Both the position numbers and the translations under genes were made by a program. Of a stretch of DNA of 64,000 bases, positions 54,563 through 63,800 are shown in pieces. A model generated the notes under the pieces. It did no database searches, was not told where the DNA came from, and was given only the letters and a program-made list of their open reading frames with translations. Source of the stretch: Gemmatimonadota bacterium. Lineage in GTDB: Bacteria; Gemmatimonadota; Gemmatimonadetes; Gemmatimonadales; GWC2-71-9. The stretch lies in NCBI GenBank assembly GCA_003222195.1, contig QHVB01000035.1, positions 19 through 64,018 on the forward strand, written 5' to 3'. The first letter of the stretch is position 1. The number at the start of each line of letters is the position of its first letter.

Positions 54563-57486
54563 AGCGCGAACTCCTCTCGCTCGACGGCGTCGGCGGCCGG
54601 CGCGTTCGCCTTCGCGACCCAGGCCAGCTGCTCGATGACCTCGGCCAGCCCGGCGATCGTCGGCCGCTCGAACAGGTTGCGGAGCGGCAGATCCACCCCG
54701 AAGGTATCCCGGATGCGCGACAAAGCCTTGATCGCGACGAGCGACTGTCCCCCCAAGTCGAAGAAATCGTCGTTGATGCCGATGCTCTCCACGACGAGCA
54801 ATTCGCGCCACATCGCGGCGAGTGCCTTCTCGGTCTCCGTGCGCGGCCCGACGACCTCGTGCGCCGGCTGGATGTTCTCATGCGCGAGTGCCGGGAGAGC
54901 TAGGCGATCGACTTTGCCGTTGGACGTGAGCGGCAACCTGTCCAACCGGATGAAGTACGTGGGAAGCATGTAATCCGGTAACCACGTCGCGAGATGGGCG
55001 CGCAGCTCCGCCGCGGTCAGCGCCGTCTCGCTTACGTAGTACGCCGCCAGGCGGTTGATGCTGGTCTCGGTCGTTTGCGCCGGCTCGGAGTAACCGATCT
55101 GCCGCAGGATCTGCTGAACCCGCGATTCGTCAATTTCATCCTCGAGCTCTGCCATTGCCTCAGCGCGGGTTTTTTGCCCGAGGCGCACGTCCCAGCTGTA
55201 GGGCAGCGAGTAGTTGTGGAACCCACGCTGCTTCTTGTGGACGTAGATGCCGACATCGTTGATGAGGCAGTTGGTGGACCGGCCCGTATCGGAGGGACGG
55301 AGCCAGGGTGTGCGCTGTCGCAAATAGGTGTGCAGCTCCGCCAGCGGCACGCTCCAATACCGATAGAAGTCGACAAACTGGATGTCGCGGAACACGCCAT
55401 CGTCACGGAAGATGTCCACCTCGAGGTGACACGAGACCGCATCCTCGCGCCGGTGGTAGGCCTTGCGTGCCTCGAGCACGAGGTCGTCCAGCTTGGCGAC
55501 GTCGAAATCCTCCCGCTGGAACACCTCTTCGGTCAGGCGAGTCTCGAAGAACTGCCCGCGCGATAGTCCGGTGACGATGTAGCGGATGCCTTTCTGCTGA
55601 GCGAGGTTGGTGGCCAGGGTGTAGATGGTCTTGAAGCAGCCATTGCAGACGTTCGCGAAGCGCTTGAGGCTGTCGACGAAGATCTCGTTCATGTGCGGCG
55701 TACCACCCATAATCAGGTCCACGCCCAGCGAGTCCACGACCCGGCGGATGTTGGCCTTCGCCTCGTCCGAGATGAAGCCATTATCCAACGTGAAGACCAG
55801 CGGCTTCAGTCCGAGGTCGCAGAGCTGATACAACATGTACGTGCTGTCCTTGCCGCCGCTTAACAACACCAGACAGTCGTACTCCCCTCCCCCGGTTCGT
55901 GTCGCCTTCATCTGCGCAACGAGTGCTTTAAGCTCATCGGGCGACTTGAAATACGCCTGCGCCTTAGCGACGTAGGTGTCCAGGCCGCGGCACACATTGC
56001 ACACCCCCGTCGCGTCGTAACTCGTCCCCGGTACGTTGGACGCGAGACCGCACCGCGTGCAGTAGGTCAATCGTTTCGCCGCCCGCATGGCGAGGGGATT
56101 GACGATATCAACCACGCACTCGCGCACGTCGGCGTGCTCCAGCAACCGGGCCTCGATCTCGCCCAGCTCGATGCGCGCGCCGGCGACCTTCACCTGGTGA
56201 TCCGCGCGGCCAAGGAATTCCATCCGGCCATCGATGCCCCAGCGCGCGAGGTCGCCGCTCTTGTACAAGCGGAGCGGCGCCGCCGGGTCCTTCTGTCTCG
56301 GATCACCCGCGGTCAGGAATCTCTGCGCGGTGAGGTCCGGACGATTGAGGTAGCCCCGCGCCAGTCCATCTCCCGCGAGGTACATCTCACCGATGACGCC
56401 GCTGGGCACGGGACGAAGCTGCTCGTCGAGGATGTAGATGCCGGTATTGGCAGCGGGAGTTCCGATCGGCACCGAGAGGGCGAGATCCTTTTCCACGTCG
56501 TAGCGGTGAATCATGCAACCGACCGTGGCCTCGGTCGGACCATATTCGTTGTAGATATCGACGGGGCGGCCGAAGTTATCGGTGATCTCGCGCGCCAGCG
56601 CAGTTTTGAAATCCTCGCCGCCTACGATGAGCTTGCGAATCCTGGTGGCGCCGAGATTCATGTCTTTGATCATCGCGAGATGCGCGGGCGTGAGCTTTAC
56701 GATATCGACCGCACCGCTCTCGATGACTTTGAAGATCGCCATGCCAGGCATTCCGGGGTCCTCCCGGACGACCACGATACGACCACCCGAAATGAGCGGG
56801 GTGAAGATCGATGTCACCGTGAGATCGAACGCCAGCGAGGAGAACAGCGGCCAGGCCAGGCGTTCGCCGCGGCTGTACCGCTCCTTGGCCCACCAGATGT
56901 AATTCACCAGGCTGCGGTGCTCGATCATCACACCCTTGGGTGTGCCGGTGGAGCCCGACGTGTAAATGACGTAGGCGAGACTGTCGGGGGCGGTAGGCCG
57001 CCCGGGATTCACCACCGGTAATCCCGTGATCGGCGCGAGGTCGGCGTCCAACGTCATGACGCGCGCGGCGCTCCGCGGAACGCTGCTTTCCAAATGCGAT
57101 TGCGTCACCAAGACAGGCAGCGCGCCGGCGCGTGCGGCGGCGATATCCCGCAGCATGAAGGCGAGGCGTTCCTTCGGAGACGCCGGATCGACGGGCACGT
57201 ACGCGGCGCCGGTCTTGAGCACGCCGAGGATGGCGCACACCACGTCGATCGAGTGGTCCATATACAGCGCCACGAGCTGGTCCGGGCCAACGCCGCGTGC
57301 GCCGAGATGCGCTGCCACCTGGTTCGCGCGGTCCTTGAGCTCGCGATACGTCAACGATTGATCGGCGTAGTGGATGGCGTCGTCGTCTGGCGTGCAGGCG
57401 ACCTGGGCTTCAAAGAGCTCCACGACGGTCTTGTCGGCCGGGTATGGCGAGGCCGTGTCGTTGTACGCGCGGAGGTCTTGATTCAT
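54559..57486 (-). CDS. stand-alone NRPS module: adenylation domain interrupted (A8/A9) by a PP-loop amidotransferase-like domain, plus a thiolation domain
   Basis: ATG in an ATGA overlap with the ACAD stop (MNQDLRAYND..). A3 YTSGSTGTPKG, A5 NEYGPTE, A7 YKSGDLARW, A8 GRADHQVKVAGARIELGEIE. Then about 350 aa with YCTRCG..CNVCRG and LLSGGKDS. Then A9 LPDYMLP, A10 NGKVDR, and T domain DFFDLGGQSL. No C or E domain. Confidence 0.88.
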   Translation of the reverse strand: MNQDLRAYNDTASPYPADKTVVELFEAQVACTPDDDAIHYADQSLTYRELKDRANQVAAHLGARGVGPDQLVALYMDHSIDVVCAILGVLKTGAAYVPVDPASPKERLAFMLRDIAAARAGALPVLVTQSHLESSVPRSAARVMTLDADLAPITGLPVVNPGRPTAPDSLAYVIYTSGSTGTPKGVMIEHRSLVNYIWWAKERYSRGERLAWPLFSSLAFDLTVTSIFTPLISGGRIVVVREDPGMPGMAIFKVIESGAVDIVKLTPAHLAMIKDMNLGATRIRKLIVGGEDFKTALAREITDNFGRPVDIYNEYGPTEATVGCMIHRYDVEKDLALSVPIGTPAANTGIYILDEQLRPVPSGVIGEMYLAGDGLARGYLNRPDLTAQRFLTAGDPRQKDPAAPLRLYKSGDLARWGIDGRMEFLGRADHQVKVAGARIELGEIEARLLEHADVRECVVDIVNPLAMRAAKRLTYCTRCGLASNVPGTSYDATGVCNVCRGLDTYVAKAQAYFKSPDELKALVAQMKATRTGGGEYDCLVLLSGGKDSTYMLYQLCDLGLKPLVFTLDNGFISDEAKANIRRVVDSLGVDLIMGGTPHMNEIFVDSLKRFANVCNGCFKTIYTLATNLAQQKGIRYIVTGLSRGQFFETRLTEEVFQREDFDVAKLDDLVLEARKAYHRREDAVSCHLEVDIFRDDGVFRDIQFVDFYRYWSVPLAELHTYLRQRTPWLRPSDTGRSTNCLINDVGIYVHKKQRGFHNYSLPYSWDVRLGQKTRAEAMAELEDEIDESRVQQILRQIGYSEPAQTTETSINRLAAYYVSETALTAAELRAHLATWLPDYMLPTYFIRLDRLPLTSNGKVDRLALPALAHENIQPAHEVVGPRTETEKALAAMWRELLVVESIGINDDFFDLGGQSLVAIKALSRIRDTFGVDLPLRNLFERPTIAGLAEVIEQLAWVAKANAPAADAVEREEFAL

Positions 57487-58631
57487 AGCGACGACGCGAT
57501 CATCTCCTTCAGGATCTCGTTGGTGCCGGCGTAGATCCGGTGCACACGGCTGTCGGTCCACATGCGGGCGATCGGATACTCCGCCAAGTAGCCATAACCG
57601 CCGTGCAGCTGCAGGCATTCATCGACGACGCGGCACTCGGCGTCGGTCAACCAATATTTGGCCATGGCGGTGCTGAAGGCGTCGAGCTCGCCGGCGACGA
57701 AGCGCTCGACGCAGTCGTCGAGGAAGACGCGGGCGATGTACGCTTCAGTCTTGCACTCGGCCAACTTGAAGCGCGTATTCTGAAAGTCGATCAGCGGCTT
57801 GCCGAACGCGTTGCGCTCTTTCACGTACTTGGTCGTGACGGCGACGGCTCGCTCTGCGGTTGCGACGGCGGCCACGCCGATCGCCAGGCGCTCATAGCTC
57901 ATCTTGTCCATGATCTGGAGGGACCCCTTGCCTTCGGCAGGACCGAGCAGGTTCGCGGCCGGCACCCGCACGTTGTCAAAGAACAGCTCGCAGGTGTCCT
58001 GCGCATGCATGCCGATCTTCTCGAGCGGACGGCCGACGCGGTAACCGGGAAGATCTCTTGTTTCAACCATGATGAGTGAAATGGCCTTCGGTCCCGTCGC
58101 TTTCGGATCGGTTTTCACCGCGAGGCAGACGAGGCCTGCGTGCCAGCCGTTCGTGATGAACGTCTTCGAGCCATTGATGACGTATTGGTCACCGTCGCGG
58201 CGGGCAGTCGTTGCAATGCCTTGCAGGTCCGAGCCCGCCGCGGGTTCGCTCATCGCAACGGCGCCAACCAGCTCTCCGCGCGCCATGCGGGGGAGCCACT
58301 CGCGTTTTTGCGCTTCGCTGCCGTACGCGAGGATGTAGTGCGCAACATTGTCATGAATGAAGGAATGAAGGGGCACGCCTTCGCGCGCGAGCTCCTCCAC
58401 GACGACGGTTTCGTGGACGAACGTGCCTCCTCCGCCACCATATTCCGTTGGGACATCGCTGAGCAGCATCCCCACCGAGCCGGCTTTGGTCCACGCGTCA
58501 GGGTCCGGGAATCGCTGCTCGCGCCAGCGGTCCTGGTGAGGGACGAATTCGGTGCGTACGAACGCGCGGATGGTCGAGCGGAACGCCCGCAGCGCGTCAC
58601 CCGTCCGGGGGGGTTGGGAGAGAGAGATCAT
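57483..58631 (-). CDS. acyl-CoA dehydrogenase family flavoprotein
   Basis: Internal ATG (MISLSQPP..) in an ATGA overlap with the PPTase stop. ..AMSEPAAGSDL.., ..GSKTFITNG.., ..MSYERLAIG.. (IVD/LCAD-type Glu position), ..IYAGTNEILKEMIA (no Glu in the YEGT position). Confidence 0.9.
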   Translation of the reverse strand: MISLSQPPRTGDALRAFRSTIRAFVRTEFVPHQDRWREQRFPDPDAWTKAGSVGMLLSDVPTEYGGGGGTFVHETVVVEELAREGVPLHSFIHDNVAHYILAYGSEAQKREWLPRMARGELVGAVAMSEPAAGSDLQGIATTARRDGDQYVINGSKTFITNGWHAGLVCLAVKTDPKATGPKAISLIMVETRDLPGYRVGRPLEKIGMHAQDTCELFFDNVRVPAANLLGPAEGKGSLQIMDKMSYERLAIGVAAVATAERAVAVTTKYVKERNAFGKPLIDFQNTRFKLAECKTEAYIARVFLDDCVERFVAGELDAFSTAMAKYWLTDAECRVVDECLQLHGGYGYLAEYPIARMWTDSRVHRIYAGTNEILKEMIASSL

Positions 58632-59293
58632 GCCTGGCTGGCGATCGCCACTACGTAGCCCGCAGCTGGACACAAACTGTCCAGCCGCCAGCCGGAGTCG
58701 TCCCCGGGTGTGTCCTCGACGCGCAGGACCTTCGCCGGATCCCCCGGAGCGAGCGTCACGTCGAAGCGATCGAGCGGCATCGAGAGGCCATCGCCGAGCG
58801 CCTTGACGAAGGCTTCCTTGCGGGTCCAGCAGTTGAAGAATCCCAGCGGCCTGTCGCATGGCTTGAGGCTGCGATACGTCGCGTTCTCGAGGCGCGAGAA
58901 ATAGCGTGCGGCGATGTTGTCGGCGTCGCTGATCTCCCGGACGGCTTCGACGTCGATGCCGATCGCGTGTCCGCCTGAAAACGCGTACGCCGCCACATCA
59001 TCGCAATGCGATACGTTGAAGTGCAGGTCCGAGTCCGCGAACCGCCGTGAGAGTACCGGCTTGCCGTACGCGCCGTACTCGAACTCGACCGCCTGCGCTC
59101 GCACACCCAGCCGCGCCGCGAGCAGCTGGCGCAGGCGTGCTCGCGCGACGATGAATCGGCTGGCGTCGCGATCGAAGGCAAACCGCCGCGCCCGGTGGCG
59201 CTCGGCATCCGAGAGCAGCGCCGCCGACGCACGAACGGCTTCGGGCGCGGCGGCCAAGCGCGTCACCACGACCTCGATGGGCGCGTCGGTCAT
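58628..59293 (-). CDS. Sfp-type 4'-phosphopantetheinyl transferase
   Basis: Internal start MTDAPIEVVV.. (221 aa). ..HFNVSHCDD.., ..GIDVEAV.., ..FFNCWTRKEAFVKALG... The upstream 105 codons of the track ORF are Arg-rich and non-protein-like. Confidence 0.85.
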   Translation of the reverse strand: MTDAPIEVVVTRLAAAPEAVRASAALLSDAERHRARRFAFDRDASRFIVARARLRQLLAARLGVRAQAVEFEYGAYGKPVLSRRFADSDLHFNVSHCDDVAAYAFSGGHAIGIDVEAVREISDADNIAARYFSRLENATYRSLKPCDRPLGFFNCWTRKEAFVKALGDGLSMPLDRFDVTLAPGDPAKVLRVEDTPGDDSGWRLDSLCPAAGYVVAIASQA

Positions 59294-59629
59294 TTCCACG
59301 TCTGTGCCCTTCCCCTGGGTGTGGTGCCGACGCTCGTGTGCATGGTTGGTGCCAAGCACTGCGCGCAGAGGCCAGCACGACAAGTGGCCCCGTTTCATCA
59401 GACTGATGCGCTCGCGCAACGTCTGGCGGTGCCGCCTTCGCAACGGTGGAGCGAGACGGCGGGCGGCGCAGCTCTTGCCCAAAGGGCGGCGCCAAGAGGG
59501 TCGGCATCGCTCGTCTACGACACGCGCACCGGGGGGAAAGCGGGATTGCAAAGTCGGCCGCTGGTCATCGGGCCCGCTGTTCGCACCAGCGGCGTCCGGG
59601 TCACGCAAGCCCCGCCAGCCACACCAGGG

Positions 59630-60712
59630 GTGACGCAGACATCCCTGTCGGAGGCTCTAGCGTTCGGGCCCGATGCGTGGGATGCGCTGCGCGCGCGCAG
59701 CACACCGCCATCCCCATTCATGAGCTGGGCGTGGCATCGTGCGTGGGCAAACTCGGCGCCGCCGGCGGAAGTGGATGCGACCCGGGTTCTCCTGCTCCAC
59801 GGCTCGGACAGCTCGCTTCAGGCCATGTTGCCCCTCCGCATGTGCCGCTTTCGGTTCCACCGGGTCTGGGTGCGTGCGCTGAACTGGGCCATCGGGGAGA
59901 TCGGCTGTCCGGATCAGCTTGACGTGCTGGCTCGGCCCGAGGCCGACATGCGATCCTTCGCGGCGGCGATCGAAGCCATGCCGTGGGAGGTTATTATCCT
60001 CGACAACCTCGTGGAGGCAGCTCCCAATGCGGAGCGGCTGTGCGCCGCCCTTGCGGCACGCGGCCATGCGATCCGACGGAGCCCGCTGTGGAGCTGTCCG
60101 CGGCTCGAGTTGCCGCGTTCGTGGGACGCCTACCTCACGACGCTCAGCTCGAACCGACGCCAGATCCTGCGCCGCAAGGAGCGCAGCCTTTTTCGAGATC
60201 ACGCCGCCACCCTTGTGGACTATGGGGAAGACCGGCTCGACGAGGGCTGGGACCACTTGCTGCGGTTGCACGAGCAGCGCTGGGACGGTGCAGGCGGGGG
60301 AGCGTTCCGCGACCCTCGCAACGAGCGGTTGCAGCGGCAGTTCGCCGGTGAGATGGCGAAGCAAAAGCGACTCTGGCTTACTACGCTGGACTTGGACGGG
60401 CAACCCGCAGCGGCTTGGTACGGCTTTACCTCCGACGACACCGTGTACTTCTACCAGAGCGGGCGAGCCTGGCGCTGGAAGCGGGAAAGCGTGGGCCTGG
60501 TGTTGATGGGACTGATGATTCAGCGCGCGATTCAGCAGGGGTATCGCACGTTCGACTTCCTGCGCGGGGACGACCGTTACAAACACCACTGGACGCCGGC
60601 GCGACGGAAGACCAGCGAGACCGTGATCTTCCGCTCGGGGTGGAGAAGGCTCTGGTTGCGCGCGCTTGATGCGGTCTCGGCGTTGCGGCAGGGAGTACCG
60701 CGCGACGCCTGA
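59630..60712 (+). CDS. CelD/BcsL-like GNAT (FemAB-fold, Acetyltransf_6 family) acyl/aminoacyl transferase
   Basis: GTG start assumed (VTQTSLSEALAFGPDAWDAL..), 360 aa. ..PFMSWAWHRAW.., ..RRQILRRKERSL.., ..YFYQSGRA..SVGLVLMGLMIQRAIQQGYRTFDFLRGDDRYKHHW.. is typical of the family. The start is uncertain. Confidence 0.72.
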   Translation: MTQTSLSEALAFGPDAWDALRARSTPPSPFMSWAWHRAWANSAPPAEVDATRVLLLHGSDSSLQAMLPLRMCRFRFHRVWVRALNWAIGEIGCPDQLDVLARPEADMRSFAAAIEAMPWEVIILDNLVEAAPNAERLCAALAARGHAIRRSPLWSCPRLELPRSWDAYLTTLSSNRRQILRRKERSLFRDHAATLVDYGEDRLDEGWDHLLRLHEQRWDGAGGGAFRDPRNERLQRQFAGEMAKQKRLWLTTLDLDGQPAAAWYGFTSDDTVYFYQSGRAWRWKRESVGLVLMGLMIQRAIQQGYRTFDFLRGDDRYKHHWTPARRKTSETVIFRSGWRRLWLRALDAVSALRQGVPRDA

Positions 60713-60762
60713 GCCCGCGGCCCTCCGTTCGGGTAGCGTCCTCGCTCATCTGTAAGTCTATA

Positions 60763-60835
<73 letters not shown>

Positions 60836-60891
60836 GAAGGACGCGAAACTTCATGAGCGACAACCACTTTTGCAAGCGGGAGCGGCAACAA

Positions 60892-63800
60892 TCAACCCGA
60901 GGACTCCTTGACCGCACTGGCCCTCTCCCTCGGCGCGAGATTGGGCGCCAAGACTTCTGCATAGCGAGCAGGGTTCCGGATTCCCTGGCTGTGCATCCAT
61001 GCGTCGGCCGCGTGAACCAGCGAGCGCCCCTCGTCGCCGCTCAACATCTCCCCCAGGCGGCGTCGCACGACGTGGGCGTGCACGGCCATTTGCGCCGCGT
61101 CGAACGCCGCGGTCGCTCGCTCCAGCAGCGGGGCCACGTCGGCTACCTCGCCACGCGCGACCGAGAGTCCCGCGCGTAGGAGCAGCGCGAGCGCGTCGGC
61201 CCAGGCCAGCCGCTCGCGCTCGAGCTGTCCGACATCGCGTTCAGCCACCGCGAGCAGTGGGGCGCGGTCAGCGCCACCGGCGGCAGCCGCAAGCGCACAG
61301 CGAGCGCGCAAATCGCGCATGTTGATCCGGACGCCCTGGACGCGCAGCAGCCCCGACGAGACGAGTCCCGGCCAGTCCCGCCTGAAGCCCTCCCACGCGA
61401 GCGCCGGCTCCCCGCGATAGAGCAGGATGTGCCCGCGCGCGACCATCGTCCAGTAGTGCGGGACGCCGAACTCTTCCTGATGCCACTCCCGCACGGCCTC
61501 GTCCAGATTCCGCTCCGCGCCAGCCACGTCGTCTGCCGCGAGCCACACCGCGTTGGTGAACCCGGAGCGGCAGTAGAAGCCAGCCAAGCGATTGCCGCGC
61601 TCACGGGCGTTGCTCAGGAACGTGCGGCTGCGCCGTGCCAGCTCCGGGAAGTCACCGATGAAGTAGCAGGCATATGTTTGGTACAATTGCGCCGTATTGA
61701 GCTCCCAGGGAACGCCGCCGCACTCGAGCAGCAGCTGCTCGGCGCGCTCCGCGAACCCACGTGTGTGCTCCCACCGCCCCTCGTAGAAGGCGGCGACGCA
61801 AGAAGCCAGCTCGCACAAGGCGAGCGCGTGCTGAGACTGAATCCGCTCGGCGAGGGGGCGAGACACCGCGATCAGCTGTGCGGCGCGCCGTCGACCGGTG
61901 CTGCTTTGGCTCGCCGTGAACGCCGCCTCCAGCGCGAGGCCGCGCGCGACGCGGTAGGGCTCACCCGCGCGAAGGGCGAGGAGGAGGTGACGCGCGAGGA
62001 AGTCGGCGGCGCGAAGGTTGTCGACCAGGGCTAGCCCTGCGGCCACCGCCCAGCAGGTGTCGATGCGCGCGAGCTCCCGAGCTCCAATGTCCGCAACTGA
62101 CCGCTCCCGAAACGTCAACCCCCTCAACCGGACCGCCGCTCGCCGCCATAGCAGCGAGAGGATCGCCCGCCGCGGCGTGGGCGCGAGCTCGAGCCCCACC
62201 GATCGCAGTACGGTGCGTATGACGTCGAGCCCAGCCTCGAGATGGCCGCTGATCAGCAGCTGCTCCGCCGCCCGCCGCTGGTATTGGAGCGCGTCCTCCG
62301 GTGCACCGGCAGCCGCGGCGGCCAGGTACGCCTGCGCCGCAGCGGGACAGCGGGCGGCGCTCGCCAGTGCATCGCCCAGCCTGACTCGCAATGCGGACAG
62401 GTCAGCCGCACCCGGTGCAGTGAGCTCCAGCGCGCGCTCGTAGAGCAGGGCAGCACGGTCGAACGCGAGAGCCGCGAAGGCCTTGTCTGCGGCGCGGGCC
62501 GCGTACACGGCGGCCCGATCGCGGTTGCCCGCCGCGACGTAATGTTCGAACAGGGCCTCGGGATCCTCGAGCCCCAACAACTCCTCGGAGCACTGCGCGA
62601 GCCGCCAGTGGATGCCGGCAGCCACTTGGGGCGCCAGAGCCGCGACCAGCGTTTCTCGCATACGGTCGTGATACAGCTCGAGCCGCGAGGGAGCACCCAA
62701 GCTGCGCAGGAAGTGCGCCTTGATCAGGAGTGCGACCAGCGGCCGGTCATCGCCTTCGAGGCCGGCCGCCGCGCGTGCGACCTTGGCATCGACGGGCCGA
62801 CCGGCGACGGCCAGCGTGGCGAGGAGCGGGCGCGCCCCTTCCGGGAGAGCGCGTATGCGGGATTCCAGCATTTCGCCCAAACCGATGCCCGTCGCCCTGG
62901 CGGCGTCATTCGAATCGAGCGCATACCGCACGATCTGCTCCACCAGGAACGGACTGCCTGCAGACTCGCGGATGATGGTGTCCGCCTGCACCCTCGGTGG
63001 TCCGCTCGACGACACTAACAGCGTCTCGGTCAAGCGCATCGTGTCGGCCGAGGTCAGAGGCCCGAGCCGGCAGGCGCGACAGGCCGGGGTGTCGGCGTGC
63101 TCGAGCAGGGCGCGCAGGAAGGGCTGCGAGGCGAGATCTTCGGTGCGGAAGGATGCAATCAGCAGCACGTGGGGCGGATCGGGAGGGCGCAGCACGTCCT
63201 CGAGCAACACCATGCTGTCGTGGTCCGCCCACTGCAGGTCGTCGATGAACACGAGAACGGGTTGTTGCGCAGAGAGTCGCACGAGCAATTGCCGGAGGCA
63301 CGCGAATCCGCGTTGCCGCAACGCCAACGGATCGGCCGGCTCACGCTCACCAATGCGCGCGTCTCCCACGGCCTCGATCCTGAGCAGGACCGGGAACAGC
63401 CGGGCGAGCGCAGATACGCCCTCCGGTAGCAGCGCCTTTACCTGCGGACCCGCCAGCGTCTTGAGGTAGCGACTCAAGCTGTCGATGACGCCGTCCACTG
63501 CCTTGTACGGCACCGACTCGCGCTCATAACAGCGACCCCTCAGCACCAGAGCCGCGGCTTCTCGCTCGACGGCGTCGGCGAAATGACCGATCAGCGCACT
63601 CTTGCCGATCCCGGAGACGCCATGCACGTAGAACGTGACTGCCTGACCGAAACCCACGGTGCCGAAGGCGTCTCGGAGCTGGGCGAGCTCCGCGTCGCGC
63701 CCGATGAGGGACGGCGGGCGCCCGGGTTCGTGGGCCTCCGCTCCTGACGTCGTGTGCTCTAACACGCCGGTGCGGCGCAGGATTTCCCCGTCCTCCGGGC

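Noticed and set aside
54563-54811. Upstream extension of the thioesterase ORF to 54811
   Set aside because: It reads the T-domain region of the NRPS gene out of frame. The TubC-type docking domain starts exactly at the GTGA overlap.
57487-59608. Over-long N-termini of the NRPS (to 57618), ACAD (to 58859) and PPTase (to 59608) ORFs, and of the GNAT ORF (from 59195)
   Set aside because: The conserved domains begin at internal ATG/GTG codons in 4-nt overlaps with the upstream stops. The extensions are Arg/Pro/Gly-rich, and three of them overlap the preceding gene.
53565-60750. Integrase, excisionase or transposase expected inside a tRNA-linked island
   Set aside because: All six frames were inspected via the ORF track. 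Every sizeable ORF is accounted for by the five biosynthetic genes or their shadows, and none shows tyrosine-recombinase R..HxxR..Y or DDE patterns.
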